DNA of 64,000 nucleotides from Octopus sinensis (GCF_006345805.1 NC_043005.1:104656001-104720000), one strand, 5' to 3'. Positions 37,374 through 51,718 are shown, counted from the stretch's first letter. Notes: generated by a model not told the origin, from the sequence alone. Numbers and translations: made by a program.

Positions 37374-38276
37374 ATCCACACATACATTCACGTGTATATG
37401 TAGATAAACAGATATATACACGTATACACTCTTAGACACACATAAACATACACAGAAACATTCATATAAAAGTTAAACATAATTCACATGGTAGTTATTT
37501 CCCTTGAAAATTTTATTGCTCTCTATAAACTATTTGTGCTTATTTGTATATAATAGGGTCTGCGTGAAGCTCTGCCTCAAAACTGAACCATTGTTATAAA
37601 GAACATTCGGAGAGATCAACCTTACTGAAGTGTAATGCTCTGACCTTGCTCATGGATTTAAGAATAATTTCAGCAATACGCTGCACCCGAACATTACGAC
37701 CACTCTCCATACCTCACAACATACAAATACTAAGACTTTGGTAACTTCCTCCTGCTGGGAAAGTACAAATCATATATGACCAAAATACAGTGTATGACAA
37801 ACCTGAATATAACACATCACAAAGATCTTCACAATTTTTAGCCTAACTTTCTCTTATGGTGACCATTCTATAACCTTACTAAAAACCGCATCTGCAAATT
37901 TGCATATCAAACTGCTGAACATTTGCATATCAACTGATTTAGCTGTGAATAAATTCTGCCCGTTCCCGTATCATGAGTTCTTCACAAGAGACCCATCTGC
38001 ATACTTCGAACTAAGCTGTCGATATATACAAACATTCTACGCTCAACACCTACCCCAGTTCGTCAGATTGATTTGCACATCTTGCTTATGGACACAATGC
38101 ACTGACCATCCTCGAATAGAACTCTCGACCTTATCTTGTGTGCGAATCCCCTCCTTCCCAAGCCATACACCAAGTTATGTAGTTCAATTCCGTTAAATCA
38201 TCTTCACTTATGCTCAGCTAGCTTATTTACTTCGCACGTGTGTTTCTATCTGTCTATGTATATGCATTTCTTCTAC

Positions 38277-38501
38277 TCTTTTACTTGTTTCAGTCATTTG
38301 ACTGCGGCCATGCTGGAGCACCGCCTTTAGTCGAGCAAATCGACCCCGGGACATATTCTTTGTAAGCCCAGTACTTATTCTATCGGTCTCTTTTGCCGAA
38401 CCGCTAAGTTACGGGGACGTAAACACACCAGCATCGGTTGTCTAGCAATGCTACGGGGACAAACACAGACACACAAACACAAACACACACACACACACGC
38501 A

Positions 38502-38542
<41 letters not shown>

Positions 38543-38728
38543 ACACACACACACACATATATATATACGACGGGCTTCTTTCAGTTTCGTCTACCAAATC
38601 CACTCACAAGGCTTTGGTTGGCCCGAGGCTATAGTAGCAGACACTTGCCCAAGATGCCACGCAGTGGGACTGAACCCGGAACCATGTGGTTGGTAAGCAA
38701 GCTACTTACCACACAGTCACTCCTGCGT
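38277..38728 (-). mobile_element. tRNA-derived SINE family B, full length, internal (CA)n(TA)n
   Basis: Minus head CGCAGGAGTGACTGTGTGGTAAG...GGGTTCAGTCCC, a CORE-like segment CTTGGGCAAGTGTC, and tail GACTGAAACAAGTAAAAGAGTA. Confidence 0.9.
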
Positions 38729-39625
38729 CTAGAAAATATTGTATGTAGAAAATGTTTTCGATATTTTAATGCCGATCTCTATCACCTCATCGGTGTATTG
38801 TCAAAATATTTTTTGCCAATAAACTAATGAAATAAATATCCATATCTTCTGTAAATATGACAGACGTTCTGCCATTGAAGAAAAGTAATCACTGAAATCC
38901 CTTCATCCATTTTAGAAACTTAATTCCTTTAACTTTTACGCCATACACACATGTTATTATTTGTAGCTCTTTCTGCTTCGAGTTCCAGAAAAGACTTATT
39001 TCATGTGCTCTCGAAATTTCTAAATTCTTATTACATCTATATGTATGTTTGTGTGTTTATGTCTGTGCGTGTTTGTGTCTGTTTAAAAATCATGCATAGT
39101 ATGCGTTTTGTGAAATAAAACTCAGGTAATAAGTCCCACATCCAGGGATGTGTGATGTCGCGGGCATCACACTGACAGCACTATTTGAACATTTCTGTGT
39201 TCTTATAACAGTTCTTTAGCTTACAATGTTGAGTTATTTGAATTAAGCATCTTATAGCCATAAGTAGACAATATGTCTTCTTTCCGCAGACTGAAGCTAA
39301 TTTACATATTGGTTTTTGTTTGACAACCGTAAAGGAATTACTAATATACAAAACAGCGTGACCACTTGAAAAGTTGTATATGTGTGTATCAGTTGTATAT
39401 GTGTGTATCTGGGTATAGTTGGGTCCTTATCTCTATTTAGATGTAAGTATTCGTTTAGATGCCTGTGAGCGTATGTAAATTTATATATTTATGCGTAGCT
39501 ATGAGATGGCTACACATCTACACATCTACATACGCATGGTTAGATAGAGATGTGATCGAATGTATGTGATTGTACGTGTACATGTTTGTGTATATAAGAA
39601 TGTGTGTGTGTTTGTGAGTGTGGAC

Positions 39626-39678
<53 letters not shown>

Positions 39679-42431
39679 TTACGGGATCGTATATGATGGC
39701 AAACGTGAATGTATGTATATTTCTGTGCATATCTGTGTTTCTATGCTTATATGAACATGGAATGTGCGTAGTGAGATGTGTATATTCTGCAACGGAGAAT
39801 CTTCTACTTAGACTTTATTTCTTCCTCACATGTAAAGTTATTAAACACCTACAATTGATTATTACATCAAAACTAACAATTGGATTTTTGTTTTGTAATT
39901 ATGGTTGTAAACGTGGGTTTAGCTGATCCACTCCCTCCTTCCTGCCCGTCATCCTGTTTCACTTAGCAACAAATAAATTTCTTACACATCATTGGGAATC
40001 GATCAATCAGTATCTCATTTATTTCACGCAAGGATAATGAACAAAGTCAATTGTTTAACCCTTTAGTAAAGAGAAATATCTATCAGAGGACTTCATGTTT
40101 GCTGTTCATTTTTATTTTAATCCACTTCACCATTTCCTCGAGTTGTTCTCTATTCACCACGGAAGAACTTTTCTTGCTAATATCTTAGCAGGATACGTTT
40201 TTAGAACTACCATTTTAATTTAGTCAGGTTTTCTTTTTTGTATCCCATATTTTTTCTTCATTATCTTCACACTTGTCTACTACTACTACTACTACAGCCT
40301 CTGTTCGATACGTATTGGTCACCGGAAGAAAGAAAACTCTTCTGTTGCTTGTTTATATTTTGCTGCTAGATTTTTTTTATATTTTAAGTTATGTTTTTGT
40401 AATCCAACTGGAGTTATTGCACAGTAAAGGCAATCCTTCTTATAGGGTTTGGCTTGTGAACACTAAATGTAGTCATAATTTTCCTAGTATTCTTTTACCT
40501 AGAATTTTTATTTCTATTTTCCAGTCCAGAATACTGTAACTGTTTTATTACTGGAACAACTAAAATATTGTTAGCCGTTAGTTATTTATGTATCTCATTT
40601 AAGTCTGCTTTAATATAAACTTACAATATTATAAAAACGCTTATAATACTTCTTTGACTTTTATAATTCTCTCTTTCCCTGTCTCTGTAAACTCAGTTTC
40701 CATTTACTTATAAATGTTTACTTATAGAATTTCAATATATCTGGTTCTTATTAGTTCTACTTAATTAGATGCTTCCGGAATCCATGAATGGCGATCACTC
40801 CATGTCATACTCATCTTCTCTTTCTTTCTCTTGTAATTTTCAAATATGATTTTCTTAATCAGTAACTGATTGTTAACATTTAGGTGGCAAAGCTAACATT
40901 CCTTCCACTTTCACATCACCACCCTGGCCTTGGTCACCTTTTGTTGGGAGCCCATGTCTCGCAAACATTTGTTCCAAACCTTTGATTTCTTTTAGATTTA
41001 CATTTTTGCAAAACCCAGTGACCTGCACTCACTAATAGCCATATCATCGTGAAAATGCCTTCAACGGACATTGTTACACTTCCAATTCCCTCGACTAACA
41101 CAAAAACACTTATGCAAAATCGCAGTTGTTTATCTGGAACTGTAAGGTTTTCTTACGATGAACAATTTATACTTCCTAATGAAGTTGCTGCTGAGGTTTT
41201 GTATCTTATAAGTAGGTAATCGAGAGATCATTTTTAGTGTTCGAATATTTCGTCAGTTCTTTACGATTACGATGGGTTTTACTTGGTGAGCCATCCAGAT
41301 GTTGTTTCTCGCTTTTTCAGTAAATTGATGAATATTTGTGTGTATACCCCATGGGTTTCCAGTTTGAAACTGGATGTTTTCCCATTATTTATATTCAGGT
41401 GGGTCTGGGCTAGTTCTTCGGCGGATATTTATTCCCACGATTATTCTGTTGTCGTACTTTATTTCTCTAACACTATTACCTGTGGTATTTTCTCCAATCT
41501 CCATATTTCTCCCTCTCACTAATTCCATTGGTTTCTGTTTTGTTTTTCTTAGTTCTTGGTGAATTCGTTTTGCGTGAGAGATAAAATGTTTGTTTCAGTT
41601 AAACAAGCATTTGTCATTTTTCCCGATGAATTATTTGCGATTTAACGAGGATCTCTTGCTTTAGGTTCTTTTTTTTTATTTGGGACAGTTTTTGCTTGTA
41701 TTTCCGTAGGATTTGAATCTGTCTTTGCTTTTTTTTTTTCATGTATATTGTGTTTATTTTTGATGTTGATCTCATTAGGAATTAAGAGAATTATTCTACT
41801 TGTTTTTCTAGTTTTCTCTGATGCTGGTTTCCTATATTGTTGTTTCAGTTTAGAAGTTCCCTAAATGAGACGTCTTACTGAAGAAGTATCGACATTATTT
41901 ACGCTAATAGATAATTTTCGGAACAGTTACATAATTCCACCTGTTGCTAAATATGTCGCTTCCTCCCTATTCCTGGTCCCTCTTTCACCGAAGACCATGT
42001 TTTTACGTCAATTTTATTACATTCATGATGTTTAAAATCTATTAATTCAGCTCAATTCTTTCTGATTTCACTTATCTCTTAAAAATAATAATAAAAAAAT
42101 GAATTTCCTTTGTCAGAAAATGAAAAGATGTTTGGTCTTTAAACAATCCATGTAATTATCATATTAGCACACAACTTTCTGTGGTCGATTACTTGCTACG
42201 CTGGACAGTGAAGTACTAATGTATTTAGGGCGCATCACCTTGTTTGAAGTTGATTTATATCGGCGCCGTATTTACTCTCCGAGGTTAAGTAGTGGTCTCT
42301 TACGTCAAAGGTGACTGGTGTTAAAGATGATAGAAAAGACCATAGTCTAAGATGTTCTTAAATTTTATTTTGAAAATGAAACAACTTTCATGTTTTATAA
42401 TACAAACAACATTATAAATTCTCTCTCGGTC

Positions 42432-42596
42432 CAGGCATGGCTGTATGATTAAGAGTTTCGTTTTGCAATCACGTATTTCGAGATCACTTCCACTGGACAA
42501 ATGTCTTCTACTATTGCCCTGGGTAGATCAAAGAATTGTGAGGGGATTTGATAGAAGGAAATCTATGTGGAAGTCCGTCGCGTAAACACGTGTATA

Positions 42597-42600
<4 letters not shown>
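42432..42600 (+). mobile_element. Degraded 5' half of SINE family B
   Basis: CAGGCATGGCTGTATGATTAAG...GGACAAATGTCTTCTACTAT. Confidence 0.65.
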
Positions 42601-42679
<79 letters not shown>

Positions 42680-42845
42680 AAATGTCGGGTGGAAAATTCA
42701 CAAGCTGAATTTATTTTTCAACATAGACCTCCTTGCCGTCCACACACTTCTTCGATCGGTGTTGTAGTGCTTGGATCTCATTGTTGAAGAAGCTTTCATT
42801 CTTTTACTCAAAAAGAGTCATCAACAGCAGATGTGATGTCATCGT
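42680..42845 (-). mobile_element. Mariner transposon 3' remnant
   Basis: Minus strand encodes IQALQHRSKKCVDG..(frameshift)..YVEK*, the typical mariner transposase C-terminus (GI..L..RW.KCV...GDYVEK). Confidence 0.7.
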
Positions 42846-43204
42846 ATATCTATCTACCTACCTATCTATATATCTATCTATCTATCTCCATTGTCATGGA
42901 ACTTCACCCCAAAAAACAAAAACTGTTTTCTCTTCTTCTAAACACAGCCTCCAAAACATCTGTTTTATATAAATGAAGCAGCTGTTTGTACATTCACAAA
43001 ACTTTATTTGAAAGTTTCGAGAAACGAACGAAAGGGCTAATAATAATGCAGAAACAAAAAGTTCCATTTTTTCCAAAATTCTGACGACTTTTTTCTTAAT
43101 ATATATTATATATATTATATATATATATAATATATAATATATATATATATATATATATAATATATATATATATATATAATATATATATATATGTGTGTGT
43201 GTGT

Positions 43205-43435
43205 GTGTATATCTTTGTAAGTATGTGTCTCTTTGTGTTTGCGTCTGTGAATCCCCACTTGTCAACCAGACTTAGCTTGTTTTCGCCCCCATAGATTAAT
43301 GGTTTCGCATAAGAGACCGATAGAATAAGTGCCAGATGTAAATATGTGTACTGACGTCGATTTGTTCGACTGAGGCCTTGAAAGAAGCGCCCTCGCATGC
43401 CGCAGTCCAATGACTGAAACAAATAAATGATAAAA
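43205..43435 (+). mobile_element. 3' half of SINE family B
   Basis: GAGACCGATAGAATAAGT...GCCGCAGTCCAATGACTGAAACAA. Confidence 0.7.
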
Positions 43436-43538
43436 AATATGGAATCTAACCAATATATTCCACTTTTAACAATTTGTTTTCAACTAGCAATAACCACGCC
43501 TCGGGTACCCCTCATTGGCCATGGTACCGCCTCAAACA

Positions 43539-43636
<98 letters not shown>

Positions 43637-43662
43637 TAATAAAAATAATAATAATAATAATA

Positions 43663-43709
<47 letters not shown>

Positions 43710-45675
43710 TTAACAATTTTAGGCAATTATTTTGTTGAGAGAGAACTGTCGATTATATCAACCATGAAATTTGACAGGTACTTAATTTATCAATCCACCA
43801 CCAAAATAAAGCTGAAAGAAAAAGTCGATCTTTGCAGGATTTGAACTCAAAACGTAATGGACTGATCTAACAACTCTGCTCTCTGTAAATCATGAAATTT
43901 TTATCCTGTAAATGAAAGCTATTTAGGAATGGAATCATTTAATGTCTGTAAAACTATGAAACTTTCTCAACTATTAATTACAATGAACAGTAGCACAACC
44001 GTTTGAATATTTTTTTACCCATATCTTTTTGCGGGTTCTTTAGATTCCTCTGCAAAAACGGTAAGATTAATCCCGAACTTCACTTTCGTATTATAACAAA
44101 TATAAAGATATAGTTCCCCTATACGAAGCAATAAAAACATTTATACAGAATGTATACAACAGCAGTTTTTTTTATACACGTGTATACCTCACAGATAATT
44201 ACTCGGGTGTGTAGTGTATAGACCTCGCTTAACATTGCGTAACTTCATAGATTTGATTTACTGTCAAACAACTGTAACTGTTCTAGAATCTATATAGTTT
44301 CTTTTTTTAACATAATCTGGGGACTTTGTTACTGTATTGCGATTGATATTTCTTCAAACACAGGATCATATTTTTCATCCAATGATTAAGGCTCAAAGAT
44401 AATATTGTTTGGATATTTCTTTTTGGGTAACTCGATAAAGGTGAGTTGCGCAAATTGATCCCAAGGTCTACTACATAACACAAGAACATTAAAAAAAAGC
44501 TCACAAACTCACAAAGTAACACAAAAATACAGATACACTCACACGCACATATATACACACACACAAATTCATCATTCACATTGGTACATACTTTAATAGA
44601 CGGGCCATTATATTATGAAACATATATATTATATATGCATAATATATAACATATATGTATATATATATATATATTATATATGCATAATATATATCATATA
44701 CGTATATATATATACGTATATATATATATATATATATTATATATGCATAAATATATATGTGTATACACATGTATGTGTACGTATATATATATATCTGTGC
44801 GTGTGCACATGTTTGGACAAAGGACCTTATATCGCTTTAAGTAATCAATATGTGTGTGTGTGTTTGTGAATGTATATAGGCGTTTATGAAGGTGTAGATT
44901 TGTGTGTAGGTACACCTCTATTTGTGTATGGATGTGTTATCAATCACAGAGATGCGAAAATTAAAAGATGGCATTACATCTTGATGCTATCAGTGAGCTA
45001 CCGAGCCAAGGGAACGTGGATTTGTTGCTTTATCGCAAAATAGTCAGCGATTAGGAGTAAAAGATAACGAAATCCGGCCCGATATCTCAAAAGGTTTAAC
45101 TGTTTGTTAACAATCCATAAATCAGAAACATGACCTTATCAACCATTCAGGTGATACAAATGCACACTCGTAATTGCTCACGAATGCTCCCTAAAAAATA
45201 TGAGTGCCCATACAAATATCTACTTTCTTCTGGATATGTACAAAGAAACGCATAAAGGGACAAAGACATACCAATTTACTTACACACACACATACATACA
45301 TATGTATACATACATACATACATACATACATACATACATACAGATATATGCACATACGCACACATACCACACACATCTATATATTCATGTATGTATATTT
45401 ATTTATACATACATGCAAAAACATGCACATTTGTATATATAGCGTGTGTTTTTGTATAAAATCTATCACCGTTTAAATATATACAAATGCTTTTAGTTCA
45501 AAGTGATAACATTACTAGCACGAGTTATTCTTCTATTTATTTGCTTGCTTACCATTGTACTTAACACTGAGCATTCATCGATCTGTACCACCATGTTTCA
45601 CTGAAATATGACGAACAGAACCGACTATTTTACCATTTCGTGACCAGAGGTATCCAACAAAGTGCAATTACTCAT

Positions 45676-45751
<76 letters not shown>

Positions 45752-45877
45752 ATAAGGATAAATATTACAGATACCAATTTGCTTAAACCACGCAAAATAT
45801 ATGCATCTCTTTCTCTTCCCAGCGCTTCTTTATTCATAAACATGCGTGTGTGTGTGTGTGTGTCTCTGTGTGTGTGT

Positions 45878-45961
<84 letters not shown>

Positions 45962-46574
45962 TGGCGCACGATTTCGTGGATTTCGAGGATGAGTGTTGGA
46001 TTGTTCGATGAACTGAATGATGAAAGCATTGGATTAACTTATGGCATACCTGCGTATTTACAGGTACCCATGCTCTTCAAGGAGAAACATCGTCATGCAG
46101 CATATAACTATGCTGAAGTACAGTTCAATCAATCCGAGGGGTTTTTAAAAAGTTTCCCTCTTAAACTTACATCTGATACACAAATACACGCACATATGTC
46201 TACGTATGTGTTTGCGTGTCTGTTTACATATGTACATATATTTTTTTTATTTATTAAAAGGCCACAAAACATGTATTAAAGCGCTACTAATAGTTCCATA
46301 TGTTGAGAGAATTCAAACATATTCTTCGCTCGCAAACCACATATCATAAGGAACTAAAGAAATTCATTGGAAGGTAAATATGCAGGCAACCACTTCAAAT
46401 TTCTGACCTGGAGTTCAATAGCGAGTTAGGGATCTTTGATCTGAATAAGATCTGCGGTCTTTCAGCCAAACAAAGTCTACATTCATTCGAGCCATTAACA
46501 TAAGGTGTGGATTTCTCAATTACTTTCCATTTAATTACATGGTGTGTTTCGTTATCTTTTAAAGTCTATACATG

Positions 46575-46693
<119 letters not shown>

Positions 46694-47134
46694 GGAGATT
46701 TTTCTTATAGTAGAAGAAATAGCTAAAAAAACTTTTTGGCTGCTATTTCTAAAAGTTTCAGTGTGTGGTAAAGTAAATTATTTTACTGAACCCTAATTAT
46801 ATAACGTGATATTTTAAATATATTTTAAATATACCTTGAATGGTCCTTTTACATACTGAACACTACTTGCTGAAATTAATTAATAATTAATTGATTTTAC
46901 CCTTTTATTATTGATATATATATATATATATATGTAGACAAATGAATGATCTTATTACGGATAATTCGAAAGATAACCGATACCTGGGTAGCAAACTCAC
47001 AACAGAAAAGGCACGGTTGAAGTTATGACCATGGGGCATAAAATCCGTGCCTTAGTGCGGAAATTTGAAGTTTTATATATTAAGTATAGGAAAGAATGGA
47101 GCTAAACGAAGATTTAACAAAGTTCCTTTATTTT

Positions 47135-47220
47135 ATTTTCGACATATGTTTCGAAGTCTGCAAAGTCCCTAATTCCGAGTGAATAAGGAGTCCATTATGT
47201 AGCTTTCTCTTCAGGAAAAT
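47135..47220 (-). ncRNA. Mirror copy of the type I hammerhead ribozyme
   Basis: Same motif on the minus strand of the left palindrome arm. Confidence 0.8.
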
Positions 47221-47365
47221 CCAGAAACTTAATTCTCCAACAAAATGCACAACAAGCTTTTCAACGACTGCTCACGAGGAGCCCATAAAGATAATCTTTA
47301 TGGGCTCCTCGTGAGAAGTCGTCGAAAAGCTTGTTGTGCATTTTGTTGGAGAATTAAGTTTCTGG

Positions 47366-47451
47366 ATTTTCCTGAAGAGAAAGCTACATAATGGACTCCT
47401 TATTCACTCGGAATTAGGGACTTTGCAGACTTCGAAACATATGTCGAAAAT
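47366..47451 (+). ncRNA. Type I hammerhead ribozyme with minimal self-complementary stem III
   Basis: Stem I ATTTTC/GAAAAT, core CTGAAGA (47372-47378), stem II GAA.../...TTC, GAAA (47434-47437), stem III ACATATGT, and GUC triplet with predicted cleavage after C47445. Confidence 0.8.
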
Positions 47452-47512
47452 AAAATAAAGGAACTTTGTTAAATCTTCGTTCAGCTCCATTCTTTCCTAT
47501 ACTTTATATATA

Positions 47513-47563
<51 letters not shown>

Positions 47564-47568
47564 AATAT

Positions 47569-47787
47569 GGAGGCGCAATGGCCCAGCAGACTCGCGGTCG
47601 TAGGATCGCGGTTTCGATCCCCAGATCGGGCGTTGTGATTGTTTATTGAGTGAAAACACCTAAAACTCAACGAGGCTCCTGCAGGGTGGGGGGCGATCCC
47701 TGCTGTACTCTTTCGCCATAACTTTATCTCACTCTTTCTTCTGTGGCCTGAAAACAACATCTGATAGCCTGGTCGGTCACGGTGACG

Positions 47788-47791
<4 letters not shown>
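47569..47791 (+). mobile_element. tRNA-derived SINE family D, internally deleted
   Basis: Matches 61863-62169 with deletions. Confidence 0.85.
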
Positions 47792-47848
<57 letters not shown>

Positions 47849-49003
47849 CGCTGTAGGGATCCACAGTTGTATATTAAGAGTCATGAAAAAGTTTTGATTT
47901 ACATGTATTTATTGTAAGAAACAGTTAAACTTCTTTCTCTGATGTTTTACATAGTTCAACCTACACAAATTAATGCTTGAATTCCAAAATAGGAATTTTG
48001 GGAGAAGCATTAATACGACTAGTTTCTCAACAACGAATGACTAGGGGTGGGGGTCACCAGAAGGTAATATTAATCAAAGCGTTCCATAGAAAATAGTTTT
48101 CTTTTTAATTAGTTTTGAAAATATTGAAGGATATAATAAAACAACTGCATCGTTATTAGGCTCATATTTAGAAGATAAATTAACATGAAATTTTAATTGC
48201 TAGTTATAATTGAAATCTCTTTAGAACAAGAAGTTTGTATCCGAAAACCAAAGGCAACCTCGGGTGGTTTAGTATCTGAAGAGTAAAATGTCAATCCACT
48301 GATATGGCCGATTCAGCGGGGCACCCGTATTATTGCAAGTGTTTCTTTCAAAGCAGAATCCACGAGTTATTTTCTCCGACTCTCTAATAGTTTAATCCAT
48401 CCATCGCCCTGGACTGGTACTCCCTTCTTTTCTTTTCTTTTTTATTTTTTTGATCGACTCTGAACAGACGAAAGACAAAGTTAATCCCAGCTGGATTTGA
48501 ACTAAGAACGCACAGAGGTGAAGCATTTTATTCAACGTTTTAATGATTCTGCCAGTTCGCCGCTTTCTGTATTTTTCAGCAATTCTACATCATGTGGTTG
48601 ATTACGTGGGCGGAGAGATTATTTGAATTGTCAGTTTTGTAATGACGTCAGTTAAGCGCTATTAAAGTTTGTTAGATTATCAATAAGCTCAGTCTATAAC
48701 TCTAGAGGTACTCTAATAGGTAATATCGATAATAATCAATAAAAGACATTCGCTGACTTGAAATATTTATTTCAAATGATCTGACTGATAAACTTGATTG
48801 GAGTAATAATGTTATATTTAAACGTGCAAAATAGATATGATCGGAGGCATTCCAGCCGTGACCAGCTCAGTGTTGCTTATAACTAGAACAACACTGTTGA
48901 ATATTTCACTTCTTGTCTCAGAGATTAGGCTGTTTGGTGGATATTCGGTTGCTATTTTTCGGTAGTCGATTGACAGAATAGAGTAAAAGCGAGGCAACAC
49001 ACA

Positions 49004-49049
<46 letters not shown>

Positions 49050-49098
49050 ATATATATATGTCTGTCTGTCTACCTGTCTGTCCGTCTGTCTGTCTCTC

Positions 49099-49143
<45 letters not shown>

Positions 49144-49840
49144 AAATAAGTGACAGGATATCCAGAGGTGAGGCAGTACGACCGTTTCAAGCGGCTCCAT
49201 TTGAATGAACAATGCAATCATTACATCAGTTTGAATGCATAGATAAATATATAGAATTAATTTAAACAGTCGGACACATTTGTATAATTTTACTTAAATC
49301 CTTAAAGACGGTAAGAAGACAAAGTCTACTAAGACATCAGGAAAAAAAGAAAGAAACTTGCTACGGTTCTAGCTTATCACTGATTTTTGGGGTCGGTTAT
49401 GATTTATAGTCTTAGTTTACCAAAATCCTTGTATATCAAAATCTAAGACAATAGAGCAGTATCTGTTAGGAAAGGGTATGAGGAAGATGACAGAATCATA
49501 GTGGGTATAGTCGTAAAATTTGTCGAGATTATTTTGAAGTAGTATTAAGTAACTGGCTATAATGAAGTTTGGTAAAGGAAGATCTTAAATCAAGATGTTA
49601 ATTGCCAGTTAAAGGGGCAAGACTAATAAAATTAATGATGATAATACAGGGGAAATGTTTATCTTGGGTACTATAGTTGAATGATTTACAAAATATTGCT
49701 ATATTGTAAAAAGATAAAATTTAGGGTTATTATAATAACCAAATTATTATAACCAAAATGATAAATTTTTGAATAATTTTGAGTATAAACCAAAATTTAC
49801 AACAATAGAGAAAGAAAAAAATTACATAGAATTATTGATA

Positions 49841-50170
49841 CCCCTTCGGTCACGGCTGACCGTGGGATTGCACCTAGAAAGTTACCCTCCCAGGTACAAG
49901 TCCGGGCAAGGTTGTTTATGGAAGACCAGCAGTCGCCCATGCATACCGGCCTCCCCTCTCCACGCCACCAGTGTTATCCAAGGGAAAGACAAAGGTCGAT
50001 ACAGCTTGGCACCATTGACGTCGCAACTCGTTTCTACAGCTGAGTGAACTGGAGCAACGTGAAATAAAGTGTCTTGCTCAAGAACACAACACGCAACCTA
50101 GTCCGGGATTCGAACTCACAACCTCACGATCGTAAGCTCGACGCTCTAACCACTGAGCCATGCGCCTTCC
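49841..50170 (-). mobile_element. tRNA-derived SINE family C, full length with TSD
   Basis: Minus head GGAAGGCGCATGGCTCAGTGGTTAGAGCG...GAGTTCGAATCCCGG (canonical A/B boxes). TSD ACATAGAATTA at 49824-49834 and 50173-50183. Confidence 0.9.
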
Positions 50171-50219
50171 CCACATAGAATTAATTTAATATTTATTCAC
50201 ATACTTAAATATTTACTTG

Positions 50220-50870
50220 TTAGGTGGTATCTATGAAGATTGATCGCTTGCATTTACTGGCAATTTAATAAAGGAATACTGGGGCGATAGAACAGGCTAA
50301 CAACATAATAATAATTATAATTTAAGTTGTGGAGTTTCCGGTGCTGTTATATATAAGATAATATAAATTTCTAGGGGTACAAACATTAGATTTACTTACA
50401 TAAAGGCTATTGAAACATTAATAATATGATCAGTAGGGTAGACCACCATAGAAAGGAATGAATAGTTTAATCACTAAAAACCACGATGAAGTATATATAC
50501 CTTATTATCATCAATGGAAAAGAGAAGATTATATAGAAGCTGTTTAATAATTCGATTATTTAAACTAAATTATTAGTTATTAGTTATTAGGTGGTATCTA
50601 TAAAGACTAATACCTGGTATTTACTAGAGGAATATTGAGGCTATAATTAATATATGCTAACTATATATTGATTATAAACTGAGAGGTGTAATATAAGTTT
50701 TAGAAGTTTACAGAGTTAATACATACGTGATAATATAGTTTCTTAGGCGTACTTAATTGGGAGGGTCACTTAGATAAAGGCCTTTATAAAAATAATAATA
50801 ATATGAACAGGAGGGTGGAACACTATAGAAATGGATAAATAGATTAATTACTAAAACCATAATGAAGCTA
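50220..50870. repeat. Old diverged tandem duplication, period about 370 bp
   Basis: TTAGGTGGTATCTAT...CACCATAGAAAGG...ACTAAAAACCACGATGAAG at about 50220-50495, repeated at about 50587-50870. Confidence 0.7.
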
Positions 50871-51403
50871 GACTAACTAGGCAGGAATATTCATAGGATA
50901 GTATACTAACTCCATGTAGCTCACTAACTTACTATACTATATAGCAACAACAGTAGGAGCAACAAAATAATAAAAAAATACCAACAATAACAACAATGAA
51001 ATTAATAACTAGTACTAAAACTGATATGTATAGAACCACAATTATCGTGATTATGCTATTATGTATAATCGGGATGAGCGTAGTCAGCCCGAAAATTTCA
51101 GACCCTAGTTTATAAGAACATCAACCACACAGCCATTTTCAACATGTGGCTCAGAGGTTACATTGAGATAAATCACTGCAAAAAAAAAAAATATTAAAAA
51201 ATAAATAAATAAAAGTAATATGACACAAAGAATGAAGAAATTTTGATAAGAAAATTTCATCAGATAAGTTGAAAATTATTCTTTCTAATAACTCCCCCAC
51301 CTCTTACCCTCTCGATCGTACTCTCTCTATCTCACACACACCCTCACACTCCAACACGTGCTCAATCAAGTAAAATGATATGCATTATATATGTACGTGT
51401 GAG

Positions 51404-51434
<31 letters not shown>

Positions 51435-51718
51435 ATATATGTATGTATGTATATATATATACACCACTCACACACATGAATGCACATAAGAACAATCGAG
51501 AAATGATGAAAATTCTTAAGAAATTACCATGATTCACCCTCACTCTACATGCATAAACATCTATACACACGATCATAAATATATGTGCGTGTGGGTGTGT
51601 ATGTATACGTATGTATATATGTATGTATGTGTTTATGTACGTATATATATATATATATATATACATATATGTATTATATATGCATACACACACACACACA
51701 CCACACACACACACACAT

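Larger units (their letters stand above)
47082..47504. repeat. 423-bp near-perfect palindrome (211-bp arms, 1-nt centre at 47293), probable Penelope-like fold-back terminal repeat
   Basis: Arms are reverse complements with three substitutions seen by eye. Flanked by (TA)n. Confidence 0.95.

Noticed and set aside
37560-38200. Possible decayed RTE-like LINE (GQC..VHK..C-like words on minus)
   Set aside because: The motifs need several frameshifts and are too weak to call.
40840-41830. Possible decayed retroelement ORF on minus
   Set aside because: Many stops and no clear RT or endonuclease motif.
49170-49235. CTGATGT...GAAACGGTC on minus as a hammerhead
   Set aside because: A9 is missing and there is no convincing stem I or II.
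50085-50170. tRNA-like sequences with A/B boxes (also 61863-61935)
   Set aside because: They continue into SINE bodies present in several copies, so they are SINE heads rather than tRNA genes.
49255-51060. Possible mitochondrial insertion (faint COI/cytb-like words such as CCTGTTCATATT on minus)
   Set aside because: Only short AT-rich resemblances, with no sustained reading-frame match.
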